Assembly (NCBI GenBank): GCA_028277345.1
Contig: JANQGM010000011.1
Location: 206-64,205, forward strand
Source: Candidatus Bipolaricaulota bacterium
GTDB lineage: Bacteria > Bipolaricaulota > Bipolaricaulia > UBA7950 > UBA9294
Length of the DNA stretch: 64,000 bases
Reading direction: 5' to 3'
Each line of letters begins with the position of its first letter. Position 1 is the stretch's first letter. Positions 28,971-38,388 of this stretch are shown here, one piece after another. The notes beneath the pieces were generated by a model, which saw only the letters and a program-made list of their open reading frames with translations, searched no databases and was not told the origin of the DNA. A program made the position numbers and the translations under genes.

Positions 28971-29109
28971 CTCATCCGCTTCAGTCGCTGTGGATACTCA
29001 TAGACTTGGGAATCGTTGACATGGTTCGGCGACAACGCGAAGACTCCATCTCTTCTTCATCACCCGTCCACACCCATCGTGTTTTCTAGTGTGGGAGGAT
29101 GGAAAAGAT

Positions 29110-29841
29110 ATGGATGCTGAACGCAAGACGAAACCCGCATGTCAGCCGCTCGTTATTATTGCGATTCTTGCCGTTGTCGCTCTGGTCGTTGGATTGTTGA
29201 TTCGCCAGCCGGCACGAACGGCAGACGCTGCAGCGAAAGAGGAAACCGAGATGGGCACAGATGTCACCGAGAATACCGAGGTTAAGGAAGCCATCTTCGC
29301 GGGCGGCTGCTTCTGGTGCATCGAGGCCGCCTTCGAGTTGATGCCGGGCGTGGTTGAGGCCATCTCCGGCTATACCGGCGGACATGTCGAGAACCCGACG
29401 TATCAGCAGGTGATCACCGGAACGACCGGGCACTACGAAGCCGTACTCGTTCGCTACGACCCGGCACAGGTCACGTACGCGCAGTTGCTCGAGCAGTTCT
29501 GGCGGAACATTAACCCCACCGATGAAGGCGGACAGTTCTACGACCGCGGGAGTCAGTACTCGACCGCCGTCTTCTATCTGGATGACGAGCAGCGGGATCT
29601 AGCCGAGGCATCGAAGCAGGAGCTTGAAGAATCCGACGTCTTCGACCATCCCATCGTCACGCAGATTCTTCCGGCGTATCCCTTCTACGTGGCCGAGGAT
29701 TACCATCAGGACTACTACAAGACCTATCTGGCACAATACAAGGCGTACAGCACAGCGTCCGGACGTAAAGCCTATTTGGAAGAGACCTGGGAAGATCAAG
29801 ACGATGTTTCGCTGTTGCCGGATGAGGAATCGGACCCCTAA
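29110..29841 (+). CDS. msrA: Peptide-methionine (S)-S-oxide reductase MsrA, membrane-anchored
   Basis: GCFWC active site; N-terminal TM anchor; GGGAGG RBS before ATG 29110. Confidence 0.85.
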   Translation: MDAERKTKPACQPLVIIAILAVVALVVGLLIRQPARTADAAAKEETEMGTDVTENTEVKEAIFAGGCFWCIEAAFELMPGVVEAISGYTGGHVENPTYQQVITGTTGHYEAVLVRYDPAQVTYAQLLEQFWRNINPTDEGGQFYDRGSQYSTAVFYLDDEQRDLAEASKQELEESDVFDHPIVTQILPAYPFYVAEDYHQDYYKTYLAQYKAYSTASGRKAYLEETWEDQDDVSLLPDEESDP

Positions 29842-30002
29842 GCGAGAAGGACGTTCGCCGTACGATCCTCTCCAAATCCGAGACCATTGATCGACGTTCG
29901 TATCGCCTGCCCCCAATACGTGGGACGCTTCAGAAGATGATGGCTTCTGCCACCTCATCACGTCAGCAAGCGCAAGCAGCAAAGGTCGTCGAGGACGGCT
30001 GA

Positions 30003-30224
30003 TTAGGAAATCCCGTCCTCGTAGTGGAAAACCTCTTCGAGGGCCTTTCCGAAGGCACGAGCCAGTCGAAACGCCAAGGCCAGCGATGGCGCATATTTCC
30101 CCTTCTCGATGGCAATGATCGTTTGACGCGCAACACCGACGATATCGGCCAGCTGCTGTTGGGTCATCTCGGCATGCTCGAAACGAAGCCGGCGCAAGCT
30201 ATTGCGAATTCGGTCGTCGGTCAT
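30003..30224 (-). CDS. XRE-family HTH transcriptional regulator (small, YozG-like)
   Basis: HTH 'MTQQQLADIVGVARQTIIAIEKG'. Confidence 0.8.
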   Translation of the reverse strand: MTDDRIRNSLRRLRFEHAEMTQQQLADIVGVARQTIIAIEKGKYAPSLALAFRLARAFGKALEEVFHYEDGIS

Positions 30225-30227
30225 CGT

Positions 30228-30662
30228 CTACGCTCCCTGCCGGCGGTAGACGATAAGGGCGGCCGTCGACGATGTCAGCAGAAAGACGAAATAGGCAATA
30301 TAGATCAGCGAGGGCAGATCGTGGATGGTGACCGTTCCCAAGGGCCCCATGAACAGGCTGACGAGGACGGCCCCGGTGACGATCGCAAAGGTTGCCGTCG
30401 CGCCGATTCCCCATGCGCGGCGCTCAATCTCCAAATCACGCTCGTCGGCGATGCCACGCTTCTTCCACCTCCAATCCAACAGAACAAGGAGGATCAGCGG
30501 AATCGTGCTGATCAGGCCAAGAACCCGGTAGGTGAAGTGATCGCTCGGATTCGAAAGGCTCATGTCTCGAGCCGACACGATCAGCAATAACCCCGTCATC
30601 AACCCAATCCCCATGACTGAGATCAGAAGCCTCAACCACGTGTGTCGTTGCGCTTTGCTCAT
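30228..30662 (-). CDS. Membrane protein (DUF2178-like) co-transcribed with XRE regulator
   Basis: 144 aa, 4 TM helices; conserved pairing with small XRE regulator is established knowledge; family assignment by architecture. Confidence 0.55.
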   Translation of the reverse strand: MSKAQRHTWLRLLISVMGIGLMTGLLLIVSARDMSLSNPSDHFTYRVLGLISTIPLILLVLLDWRWKKRGIADERDLEIERRAWGIGATATFAIVTGAVLVSLFMGPLGTVTIHDLPSLIYIAYFVFLLTSSTAALIVYRRQGA

Positions 30663-30770
30663 ACTGCTCCTTTCTTTCCATCGTAGAGTTCAACCCACCG
30701 ATGCACGTTCCGTTTCCGACAGTCCGCATGTTGCTGAAAACGTCGCCTGGCTAGAAAGTCATGTTCGTGC

Positions 30771-30802
30771 GACATAATGTAATTTATAAATTACATTATG
30801 TC
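30771..30802. promoter_or_regulatory. Perfect 32-bp AT-rich palindrome GACATAATGTAATTTATAAATTACATTATGTC upstream of the XRE-membrane operon
   Basis: Seen in sequence; candidate operator for the XRE regulator; related TGTAAT-N4-ATTACA motif at 33543-33558. Confidence 0.45.
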
Positions 30803-30978
30803 AAGAATATTTTACTACGCTGTTTCCGTTAATCGCTGTGCATGCTGCGTGCAATCACCCCCGCCTGGGAAGCCTCCTGAACTGCGGAGGTGGCATGATC
30901 AACGTCCCTCGTAGCAGTTAGGTTTATAGCTTTATCGGATACACTGCGGGCCTCACCTCAAGACAAAGGAGTTCCCCC

Positions 30979-31977
30979 ATGAACCAACTGCCCGATGGAT
31001 TCGTTGATCGCCCCGGAACACTGGATGATGCCGAGGCGCTTGCGCTGCTTCTCAACACCTATGGACAACGGGTCATTGGGGCTGATCTGATCTCTGCTGA
31101 ACGCTTGGCGGGGCAGATACAGATGCCGGGGTTTTCGGTTGAAGAAGATATCCGCCTTATCTTCGATGTCGGTGGTGCATTGGTCGGTGCGGGCGTCGTG
31201 ATGGACATGGCCGAACCCCACGTCAATGTCACCGCGTGGGGAATCGTCGGCGCCAGCCATCAAGGACGAGGACTTGGCACGTTCCTGTACGATTGGATTT
31301 ACACGCGTGCGCAGCTGGCTGTGGCCAAAGCGCCTGTGGGGACACGCGTTGTCCTCAACCAAGAAGTCTTTGAGACGGACTCCGCCGCTATCAACTTCCT
31401 GGAAGCACGTGGATTCTCATCGACACGCCATTTCTGGCGAATGGCCATCGCGTTTTCCGGAGGATTGGACACCCCTATTTGGCCGAACGGCATGGTCGTA
31501 CGGTCTGTCGATGTCGAACGCGAGCTGGAGCAATCGGTCCGCGCGGCTGACGAAGCGTTCAAAGATCACTACGGCCACGTTGACCGTCCGATCGAGGAGC
31601 AAATCGAGCGCATTCGCCAACGCATCGAAAGGGATCCCAATTACGATCCCGAACTCAACTTCGCGGTTTGGGATGGGAATGAGATCGCCGGATTCTGTTA
31701 CGCCGATCCCATCTCCGGAACGGATGAGACGACCGGCTACATCAACGCCCTCGGCGTCCTGCGTCCGTGGCGGAAGAAGGGACTCGGCCTGGCCATTCTT
31801 CTTGAAGCCTTCGACCGCCTCGCAAGCCGAGGGAAGGAGGGCGCACACCTCCACGTCGATGCCGCCAGTCTGACAGGGGCAACGCGCCTTTATCAGAAGG
31901 CGGGCATGCAGGTTGATCAGCTCAATCATGAATACACCCTGGAGCTTCGCCCCGGAGTGGATCTCACCACCCGGTAG
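30979..31977 (+). CDS. Tandem-GNAT N-acetyltransferase (MshD-like architecture)
   Basis: Two GNAT cores (QGRGLGTFL; RKKGLGLAILL). Confidence 0.8.
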   Translation: MNQLPDGFVDRPGTLDDAEALALLLNTYGQRVIGADLISAERLAGQIQMPGFSVEEDIRLIFDVGGALVGAGVVMDMAEPHVNVTAWGIVGASHQGRGLGTFLYDWIYTRAQLAVAKAPVGTRVVLNQEVFETDSAAINFLEARGFSSTRHFWRMAIAFSGGLDTPIWPNGMVVRSVDVERELEQSVRAADEAFKDHYGHVDRPIEEQIERIRQRIERDPNYDPELNFAVWDGNEIAGFCYADPISGTDETTGYINALGVLRPWRKKGLGLAILLEAFDRLASRGKEGAHLHVDAASLTGATRLYQKAGMQVDQLNHEYTLELRPGVDLTTR

Positions 31978-32099
31978 AGGCGATCAAGCATCCCCATCGC
32001 TCAAGTGGGGTGAAGGTCACTCTTGGAGTTCCTCCTGAATCGGCGGTGTTCGGCTTTTTAGCTGTATTCTGCTGAACGGAGGTCATTTTGGCGGATGCC

Positions 32100-32385
32100 G
32101 TGCTGAGCGTCTCAATGAAGCGTGTCTCTCCGCGATAATCGCCCTCCTGGCCAACAACGGAGTCGCGCTTCAGGTCGATGGTCGCGTCATCCTGCACTCG
32201 TGGGAGAACGTCCTGCCGGATGGCGGCGGCGCTCGATCGCTGGCCACAACTATCTCGCTGGATGCAGGACCTCACCTCTTCGAACTGTGGTACTACGAAT
32301 GGGAAGGCAGCGCTCCTGCACTTCGATACGAACATAGCTCCTCGATCCATGGACACGACATCGACAGATCTTTAGAAAGCGGCTG
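32100..32385 (+). pseudogene. PA14-domain gene fragment (C-terminal half only)
   Basis: Translated frame gives 'LQVDGRVILHSW...LDAGPHLFELWYYEWEGSAPALRYEHSS', matching PA14 consensus (DG..v.d......L.aG.H.i...YyE.gG.A.l.L.W); no start, no N-terminal half. Confidence 0.35.
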
Positions 32386-32475
32386 GGTATCGAGATCACG
32401 TGCCTGCGCCTTTCAAGGTTTCCTTAACGCCGGTCCTTCGCTAGAGTGGTTGGGGACCTCAAGGAGGGAACCATG

Positions 32476-32944
32476 TGGAATCGCATCGTCGCCTTCGGCG
32501 CACAGGCGCTGGCTGTGTAAGCGGCACCGTGAAGGACATCCAACTCTTCACGTCCGTCCTAGCGACACCGGATAACGTCAAGATGCTCACACCAATGCCC
32601 AGATCTACGGCGGCGAAATCCGCAACTACAACGGCTATGAGACTCGGCGTATCGACCTTACTGTAGGCATCGGATATGGCGACTCCATTGACTCCGCTTT
32701 CGCAACCGCCATGGATCTGATGGCGAGTGATTCGCGCGTTCTCGAGGAGCCTGCTCCTGGGGTGATGCTCAGCGAACTCGCCGATTCCAGTGTCAATCTT
32801 AATCTGCGCCTGTGGGTCGTTGCCACCGAGTATTGGGATGTGCTGTTCGATCTCACTCGACGCGGAAAGGAGACGTTCGATGAACAGGGAATCGAAATCC
32901 CCTACCCACAAACCGTTGTGCATCGTGCGGAGAGAGCTGAGTAG
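32476..32944 (+). pseudogene. Mechanosensitive channel MscS remnant: TM region missing, frameshift near 32595
   Basis: Frame A 'GTVKDIQLFTSVLATPDNVKMLTP', then frame B 'NAQIYGGEIRNYNGYETRRIDLTVGIGYGD...GIEIPYPQTVVH', matching MscS beta and C-terminal domains. Confidence 0.55.
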
Positions 32945-33073
32945 ACGAGGGCACTGAATGGGCTTCGAGCCGAGGGTCTCACCGGCCCGCTCTTGACCCC
33001 ATACCGTTTGCTTGCTTTTCCCCAGCGAGACCTGGCAGAATATGGCAGATCAGGCAAGATAGGAGCACGCTGT

Positions 33074-33346
33074 ATGAGCCAATCTCGGGATCGATCCAAG
33101 GATCTGCTGGATGCGTATTACGATCCTGAACTGAAGAAGGCCGGTCCCTGCAAATTCTGCGGAAACACACTATTGGCCATGGCCGAGTCATCGCCTGCGC
33201 CGATCATTCCGCGCCCCACCTGGCGAATCCTGTGTACGCGCTGTGGCGGCCTTGGCCCCTGCGGGGCCTCCAAGGCCATGGCCGTTACCTATTGGAACGG
33301 CCATTTCGAGCGCGTCATCACGCTGCCCGAACTCGACATTTTCTAA
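33074..33346 (+). CDS. Lar-family restriction-alleviation-like zinc-finger protein
   Basis: 90 aa; CxxC...CxxC (PCKFCGN...CTRCGG) and C-terminal 'AVTYWN' resembling Lar family; AGGAG RBS. Confidence 0.45.
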   Translation: MSQSRDRSKDLLDAYYDPELKKAGPCKFCGNTLLAMAESSPAPIIPRPTWRILCTRCGGLGPCGASKAMAVTYWNGHFERVITLPELDIF

Positions 33347-34165
33347 GCCGCCCACCGAGAGTGACACGCCCGAACCTTGCGTATCCGCCATCGTCGCTTC
33401 ACAGTAGCGGGCACCACCATCGCCGTAGAGGATGCCCTCCATCCACTGCACCGATCTCCTTTCGAATGGCGCGATACACAAAGATCGGCCCTGCGCATGA
33501 CAAAACTCGACAAAACAGATCGAATCCGTCCCGACTTAGATGTGTAATATCCATTACATATAAACTTTAGAAGTTTCGGACTTTATCGAGCTTTACCAGG
33601 AACTGGCAGACGTCTATTTAATTCAGCCGACACAAGGTCAGAAATGGCGGGAGAAAGCACGGTACGCCGCCCAAGCGAAGTCGACGGTGCTAGAGACGTC
33701 GTCTCCAAGGCACACGTCATCGGCGACTTCGGGCCCCCGAGCGCACGAACCGCTGTGGTCATCGTTCATCGAGCGCCTCCGGAATGCTCGAATCGAGACT
33801 ACGCGCCTCTGCTCGAGGCACCAAAAGTGAGGGAGCTGAGCATCTACTTTTCTCGCCTTTCGCACGAGTCGTTGATCGTTTTCACGATAGCCCCATCGAG
33901 CAAAAGAGTTTGAAGGGTGGCAGGCGTGAAACGAGAATGGCGAACGATTGGCTGCGCAGGATGTGGAATTCAGCGATCGGCAATCGCGACACTCAATTCG
34001 GAACGCCCCGTTAGCCGATGCGTCGCATGCGCGCAATGCGGATTGTCCGGGATCATCGCTCCATACGTTCGCATCTCACCATGTACATCGAGTAAGGTGT
34101 CGCAACAACAAGCCCGTGACGCATTCTGATCGGATGAATCACCTGCTCAACGTCAAAGGAGCATT

Positions 34166-34360
34166 ATGTCAGGCAATTCGACGATGCACGATGTGCGAGC
34201 GTTCAACCTCAAGTGCGAGGAATGCGGCACCGCCATTGAGGAACTCCCTTTCCTTCCCTTGACATCCAGCCGCCCCGTCTACTGCCGAGAGTGCAACTCC
34301 AAGCGCAAACCTGCGAAGAAGAAACCCTACAAAGGCCGTCCCAAGAAACGCCGCCGATAG
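34166..34360 (+). CDS. Small zinc-ribbon protein with Lys/Arg-rich C-terminal tail
   Basis: 64 aa; CEECG...CRECN; AAAGGAG RBS. Confidence 0.4.
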   Translation: MSGNSTMHDVRAFNLKCEECGTAIEELPFLPLTSSRPVYCRECNSKRKPAKKKPYKGRPKKRRR

Positions 34361-34553
34361 GTTGTTGCCTCACCCCATACGAACTCATGGACGCTGACAC
34401 AGTTTGCCGCCGCGAAGGAGCGCCGGTCGACAAAGCATCCGATCCAATAAGGTCCGCAGTTCATGTCCGCTTCACGGCCGATCCATGTTGATCGTACAGA
34501 ATCCTCACAACTTCAAGGGACCATGGAGGTATCCCATGAGGAGGTGAAGGATC

Positions 34554-35234
34554 ATGGCCGGACTTGCTCAACCTCTTGCACGCGATCGTCTGTTTGAAGA
34601 CGACTACGTTCCGGCGGCGGTTGAAACGGCATCCTTCGCCATGGGGTGTTTCTGGGGGCCGGACGGACTGTTCGGCGTCCTTCCCGGCGTCATCCGGACC
34701 CGAGTCGGCTACGCTGGAGGAACGCACGAGGCTCCGTCGTACCACAACCTCGGCAACCATGCCGAGACGGTTGAGATCGACTACGATCCCAGTCAGATTC
34801 GCTACGGATGTTTGCTGGACGTGTTCTGGCGGAATCATGACGGATTTGCGAAGCCATACTCCGGACAGTACCGCTCCATCATCTTCTATCGAAACGCCGC
34901 CCAACGGGACGAGGCGTGTGCGCTGTTGACGCATGCTGAATCCGAACGGGGAATCCGGCCTGTTACCGTACTTTCTCATGCCGACACGTTCACTCGAGCC
35001 GAGGCCTATCATCAGAAATACCGCCTGCAAAGTGCGTTTTCGTTACGCCCGCTGGTCGCCGAACTGTTGGATCGATACGGCGATTTTGATGGATTCGTTA
35101 ACTCGACGGTGTCCGCACGTCTCAATGGGTTCGTCGCTGGGTGGGCATCTCGCGACCAACTTGTTCCCGCGCTCCATCGCTACGGACTTTCGGAGCCCGC
35201 GAAGGAAGACCTCCTCAAGACGATTCGCTCTTAG
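34554..35234 (+). CDS. msrA: Peptide-methionine (S)-S-oxide reductase MsrA (second copy, with C-terminal extension)
   Basis: GCFWG active site and MsrA core; extra ~70 aa C-terminal. Confidence 0.85.
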   Translation: MAGLAQPLARDRLFEDDYVPAAVETASFAMGCFWGPDGLFGVLPGVIRTRVGYAGGTHEAPSYHNLGNHAETVEIDYDPSQIRYGCLLDVFWRNHDGFAKPYSGQYRSIIFYRNAAQRDEACALLTHAESERGIRPVTVLSHADTFTRAEAYHQKYRLQSAFSLRPLVAELLDRYGDFDGFVNSTVSARLNGFVAGWASRDQLVPALHRYGLSEPAKEDLLKTIRS

Positions 35235-35652
35235 CGGACGATTCACCGCCCTGTCCCATCTTGGACATCAATTGAAGTGCCGCTGAGTTGATGCAATAGC
35301 GCACGCCTGAGGGGCGAGGCCCATCGGAGAAAACGTGTCCCAAATGCGCGCCGCACCGCGCGCATGTTGCCTCCATTCGCACCATGCCAAGGCTATGATC
35401 CTCATGGATCTCGATATGGTCCTTGGCAGCAACATCCCAGAAGCTGGGCCAGCCGCTTCTGGAGTCATACTTCGCCGTGGATTCGAAGAGGGGCAAATCG
35501 CAGGCAACGCAAGCGTAGATTCCTGAAGCCGTCTCATGCACGTAGGCGCCCGAAAAGGGCATTTCGGTGCCGCGTTCGCGCACGATGCGATACTGCTCAG
35601 GCGTCAAGCGCTTGCGCCATTCGTCTTCCGATCTGATGAGTTTGTCGACCAT
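35215..35652 (-). CDS. msrB: Peptide-methionine (R)-S-oxide reductase MsrB
   Basis: SelR motifs (CxxC...CxxC zinc site, RYCINSAAL catalytic Cys); start set at MVDK with GAGGAGG RBS; 3' end overlaps msrA2 by 20 bp (convergent). Confidence 0.85.
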   Translation of the reverse strand: MVDKLIRSEDEWRKRLTPEQYRIVRERGTEMPFSGAYVHETASGIYACVACDLPLFESTAKYDSRSGWPSFWDVAAKDHIEIHEDHSLGMVRMEATCARCGAHLGHVFSDGPRPSGVRYCINSAALQLMSKMGQGGESSAKSESS

Positions 35653-36097
35653 GAGCACCTCCTCTGAAATCCAGTATCGACCGGCGTCGTGAGCATCCTC
35701 GATAGATTGCGTGTGGAGGTTGCGAAGCTCCGCCGGTTGCAGAGGCATTAGGGGCTCCGTACAATGCCGCATCAACTTGGAGGTAGTTTGCATGCTTCGC
35801 ATCAACGTCGTACTCAGCCAGACCGTTCACACCGGACTCCGCCTCCATCATCATTGCATTCACCGTTAGATCGCGCGTCGTTCTTCCACTCGCTGATCGT
35901 GTCGTGATTGGACAGCGAGTCCGTTCGTTCGTTTACTGAGGTGAATGTATGTTTCCACGAAGTCGCAACCTATGTTGCCCTCCCTATCGAGATTGGCACG
36001 GTCCCTCCCGGGACCTCATCAGATCGCAGGTGCTCTGACGTAAACAAGGAGCTGCGCCGAGAAAGCTCCTTAAACCCAATCTCACCATGGAGGAACC

Positions 36098-36883
36098 ATG
36101 AACAAGCTAAGAAACAGAAGTGTTGTCTGTCTACTCGTAGCCATTGGATGCATGCTCACTGGAGTGGGCGCCGCCGGGCAGTCGAAGGTCTATGTCGATG
36201 GAATCGATGCCGCCTTTCCGCCGTTTTCGTTCATCGACGCCTCGGGCCAACCCTCGGGATTCGACGTCGAAGTCGTCCAGTGGATTGCCGCTGAACTCGG
36301 ATTTGAAGTTGAAATCGTCCCCGTCGAATGGGATGCCATCATTCCCACCTTGCTGACCGGCGATATCGACTTCATTGCATCGGGGATGTCGATCACGACT
36401 CAGCGCGCACAACGTGTGAACTTCACGGATGACTATTGGTCGGTTGATCTGGCCGTCGTCGTTCGTGAAGGCACCGATGATGACGGCGAGCCGCTTCCCG
36501 AATTCAATCCCTTCACCGTGATCCAAGCCGATCGCAGGATTGGCGTTCAACGTGGGACGACGTCCCAAACCTGGCTTGAGGAGAACGTCAGCGCTTCGGG
36601 GATAGACATCGAGCTCGTGCTCTATGATAGCTTCCTGCTCGCGCTAGAGGATTTGGAAATCGGCCGCCTGGATGGAGCGGTGATGGACGGCCCCACCGCC
36701 GTGGCTTCCATCGAGGGGCGTTCCCTCGCCATCGTTGGAACGATTGCGACTGGAGAGATCTACGGTTACGCCACACGGCCACAAGATGCCGAACTCCTGG
36801 GTCTACTTAACGAAGGACTTCGGCGTATCAAACTAACCGGCGTTTGGGACGAACTCGTCCAGAAATGGCTGGTTGGCAGCTAG
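36098..36883 (+). CDS. Amino-acid ABC transporter substrate-binding protein (SBP_bac_3)
   Basis: Signal peptide, polar amino-acid SBP signature (GFDVEV...ASGMSIT..R). Confidence 0.85.
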   Translation: MNKLRNRSVVCLLVAIGCMLTGVGAAGQSKVYVDGIDAAFPPFSFIDASGQPSGFDVEVVQWIAAELGFEVEIVPVEWDAIIPTLLTGDIDFIASGMSITTQRAQRVNFTDDYWSVDLAVVVREGTDDDGEPLPEFNPFTVIQADRRIGVQRGTTSQTWLEENVSASGIDIELVLYDSFLLALEDLEIGRLDGAVMDGPTAVASIEGRSLAIVGTIATGEIYGYATRPQDAELLGLLNEGLRRIKLTGVWDELVQKWLVGS

Positions 36884-36932
36884 ACCTCCTAAGACGGCGG
36901 GGAGTCCGCTCCCCGTCGTCACTCCTGCATCC

Positions 36933-37610
36933 ATGGCCGACCTCCAGCTTCTCCTTCCCATTCTGTTGAAAGGGGCAGGCACCTCCATGCTCCTGCTGCT
37001 GCTCGCGTTCAGCCTCGGCGGACTGCTCGGACTCCCGTTGGGGATCTTGCGCGTCTTCGGACCCGCCCCACTTCGGTGGGTACTGCAAGCCTTCGACCTC
37101 GTCATGCGCGGCTTCCCCGCGATCGTTCTGCTGTTCCTGATCTACTTCGGGCTGGGGAGTCTTCCCCAGGTCCGTTTGACATCGCTCCAAGCCGCCGTGC
37201 TCGCCCTCGGCTTGCGGAGCGCCGCGTATCAGGCGCAGTTGATGAGTGGCGCCATTCGAATGGTGGACCCCGGGCAGTTGGAGGCTGCGCGTGCGTTGGG
37301 ATTCTCACTGATCGGCGGACTGAGGCTCGCCGTTCTGCCGCAGGCGCTGCGTTTTGCCCTTCCTGGGCTGGCGAACGAATCCTCGGTCGTGCTCAAGGAT
37401 ACGTCGCTGGCATTCACCGTCGGGGTCCTTGAACTGATGAGCCGAGCCAAGTTTCTCGCGGCCAGCACACGCGACATCGTACTCGTCTATCTCCTCGCCG
37501 CCGCCATCTTCTGGCTATTAACCCAGGCGGGAACGTTGGGATTCGCGGCTCTCGAACGTGTGTCGCGACTCCCGGGGATTGGGGTCGAGAGGAAGCGCGA
37601 TCGGCAATGA
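36933..37610 (+). CDS. Amino-acid ABC transporter permease (HisMQ-type)
   Basis: 5 TM, EAA-like loop 'EAARALGFSLIGGLRLAVLPQA'. Confidence 0.8.
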   Translation: MADLQLLLPILLKGAGTSMLLLLLAFSLGGLLGLPLGILRVFGPAPLRWVLQAFDLVMRGFPAIVLLFLIYFGLGSLPQVRLTSLQAAVLALGLRSAAYQAQLMSGAIRMVDPGQLEAARALGFSLIGGLRLAVLPQALRFALPGLANESSVVLKDTSLAFTVGVLELMSRAKFLAASTRDIVLVYLLAAAIFWLLTQAGTLGFAALERVSRLPGIGVERKRDRQ

Positions 37611-38260
37611 ACTACATCGAATTGCTGGCGCAATTGCTGAAGGGACTTGGAACAACGCTTCGCCTCATCGCCGTTTCCGCCCCACTCGGCCTCCTGCTTG
37701 GCATCGCGGTTGGGTTCAGCAACGTCTATGCGCCTCGGCCTATCCGTGGGCTCGCCATCTTGTATCGGAGCGTTCTACGCGGTGTTCCGCTTGTGCTTCA
37801 GCTTTTCGTCCTGTACTACGTGCTCCCGCGAGCCGGCATCCTGCTCCAGCCGTTCGCCGCCGCCACACTCGCGTTCGCGCTTTGCAGCGGCGCCTATCAC
37901 AGCGAATACATACGCAGCGCGCTCCTATCCATCCCACCGGGGCAGATGGAGGCTGCTCGCGCATTGGGCATGTCTCGCTTCACAGCGATACGCTCAATAC
38001 TCCTTCCCCAGGCCCTTCGACGCGCACTTCCCGGATGCGGGAATGAATTCACCTACCTAATTAAGTATTCTTCCCTCGCATACTTGGTTACGCTCGTCGA
38101 TATCACCGGAGCAGGCCGCCTTCAGGCATATGCCTCATTTCGCTTCTTCGAGGTCTTCGTCTATGTCGGCGTCTTTTATCTCGCACTCGTCGGCATCGCT
38201 CGTTCAGGACTGCATGTTCTTCAGCGGAGATGGCGACGCAGTAGTGGGGGATTGCACTAA
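37607..38260 (+). CDS. Amino-acid ABC transporter permease (second)
   Basis: EAA loop 'EAARALGMSRFTAIRSILLPQA'; ATGA overlap with upstream permease. Confidence 0.8.
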   Translation: MNYIELLAQLLKGLGTTLRLIAVSAPLGLLLGIAVGFSNVYAPRPIRGLAILYRSVLRGVPLVLQLFVLYYVLPRAGILLQPFAAATLAFALCSGAYHSEYIRSALLSIPPGQMEAARALGMSRFTAIRSILLPQALRRALPGCGNEFTYLIKYSSLAYLVTLVDITGAGRLQAYASFRFFEVFVYVGVFYLALVGIARSGLHVLQRRWRRSSGGLH

Positions 38261-38388
38261 GCCGGGTCGAGTTCGATGAACTTCTCACCGATATGGGAGT
38301 ACGTACGTAAGATGATCGACGCGTTGCCCGTGTTTGCATTGGCATCATAGAATCAGAGACATGCTAGGGAACAGTTCTATCAGATGAG

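Noticed and set aside
33638-34129. ORFs 33638-34036(-), 33644-33913(+), 33917-34129(+)
   Set aside because: Mutually overlapping with no motifs. Only the GTG-start zinc-ribbon-like 33917-34129 has weak support, so it is mentioned in a finding rather than called.
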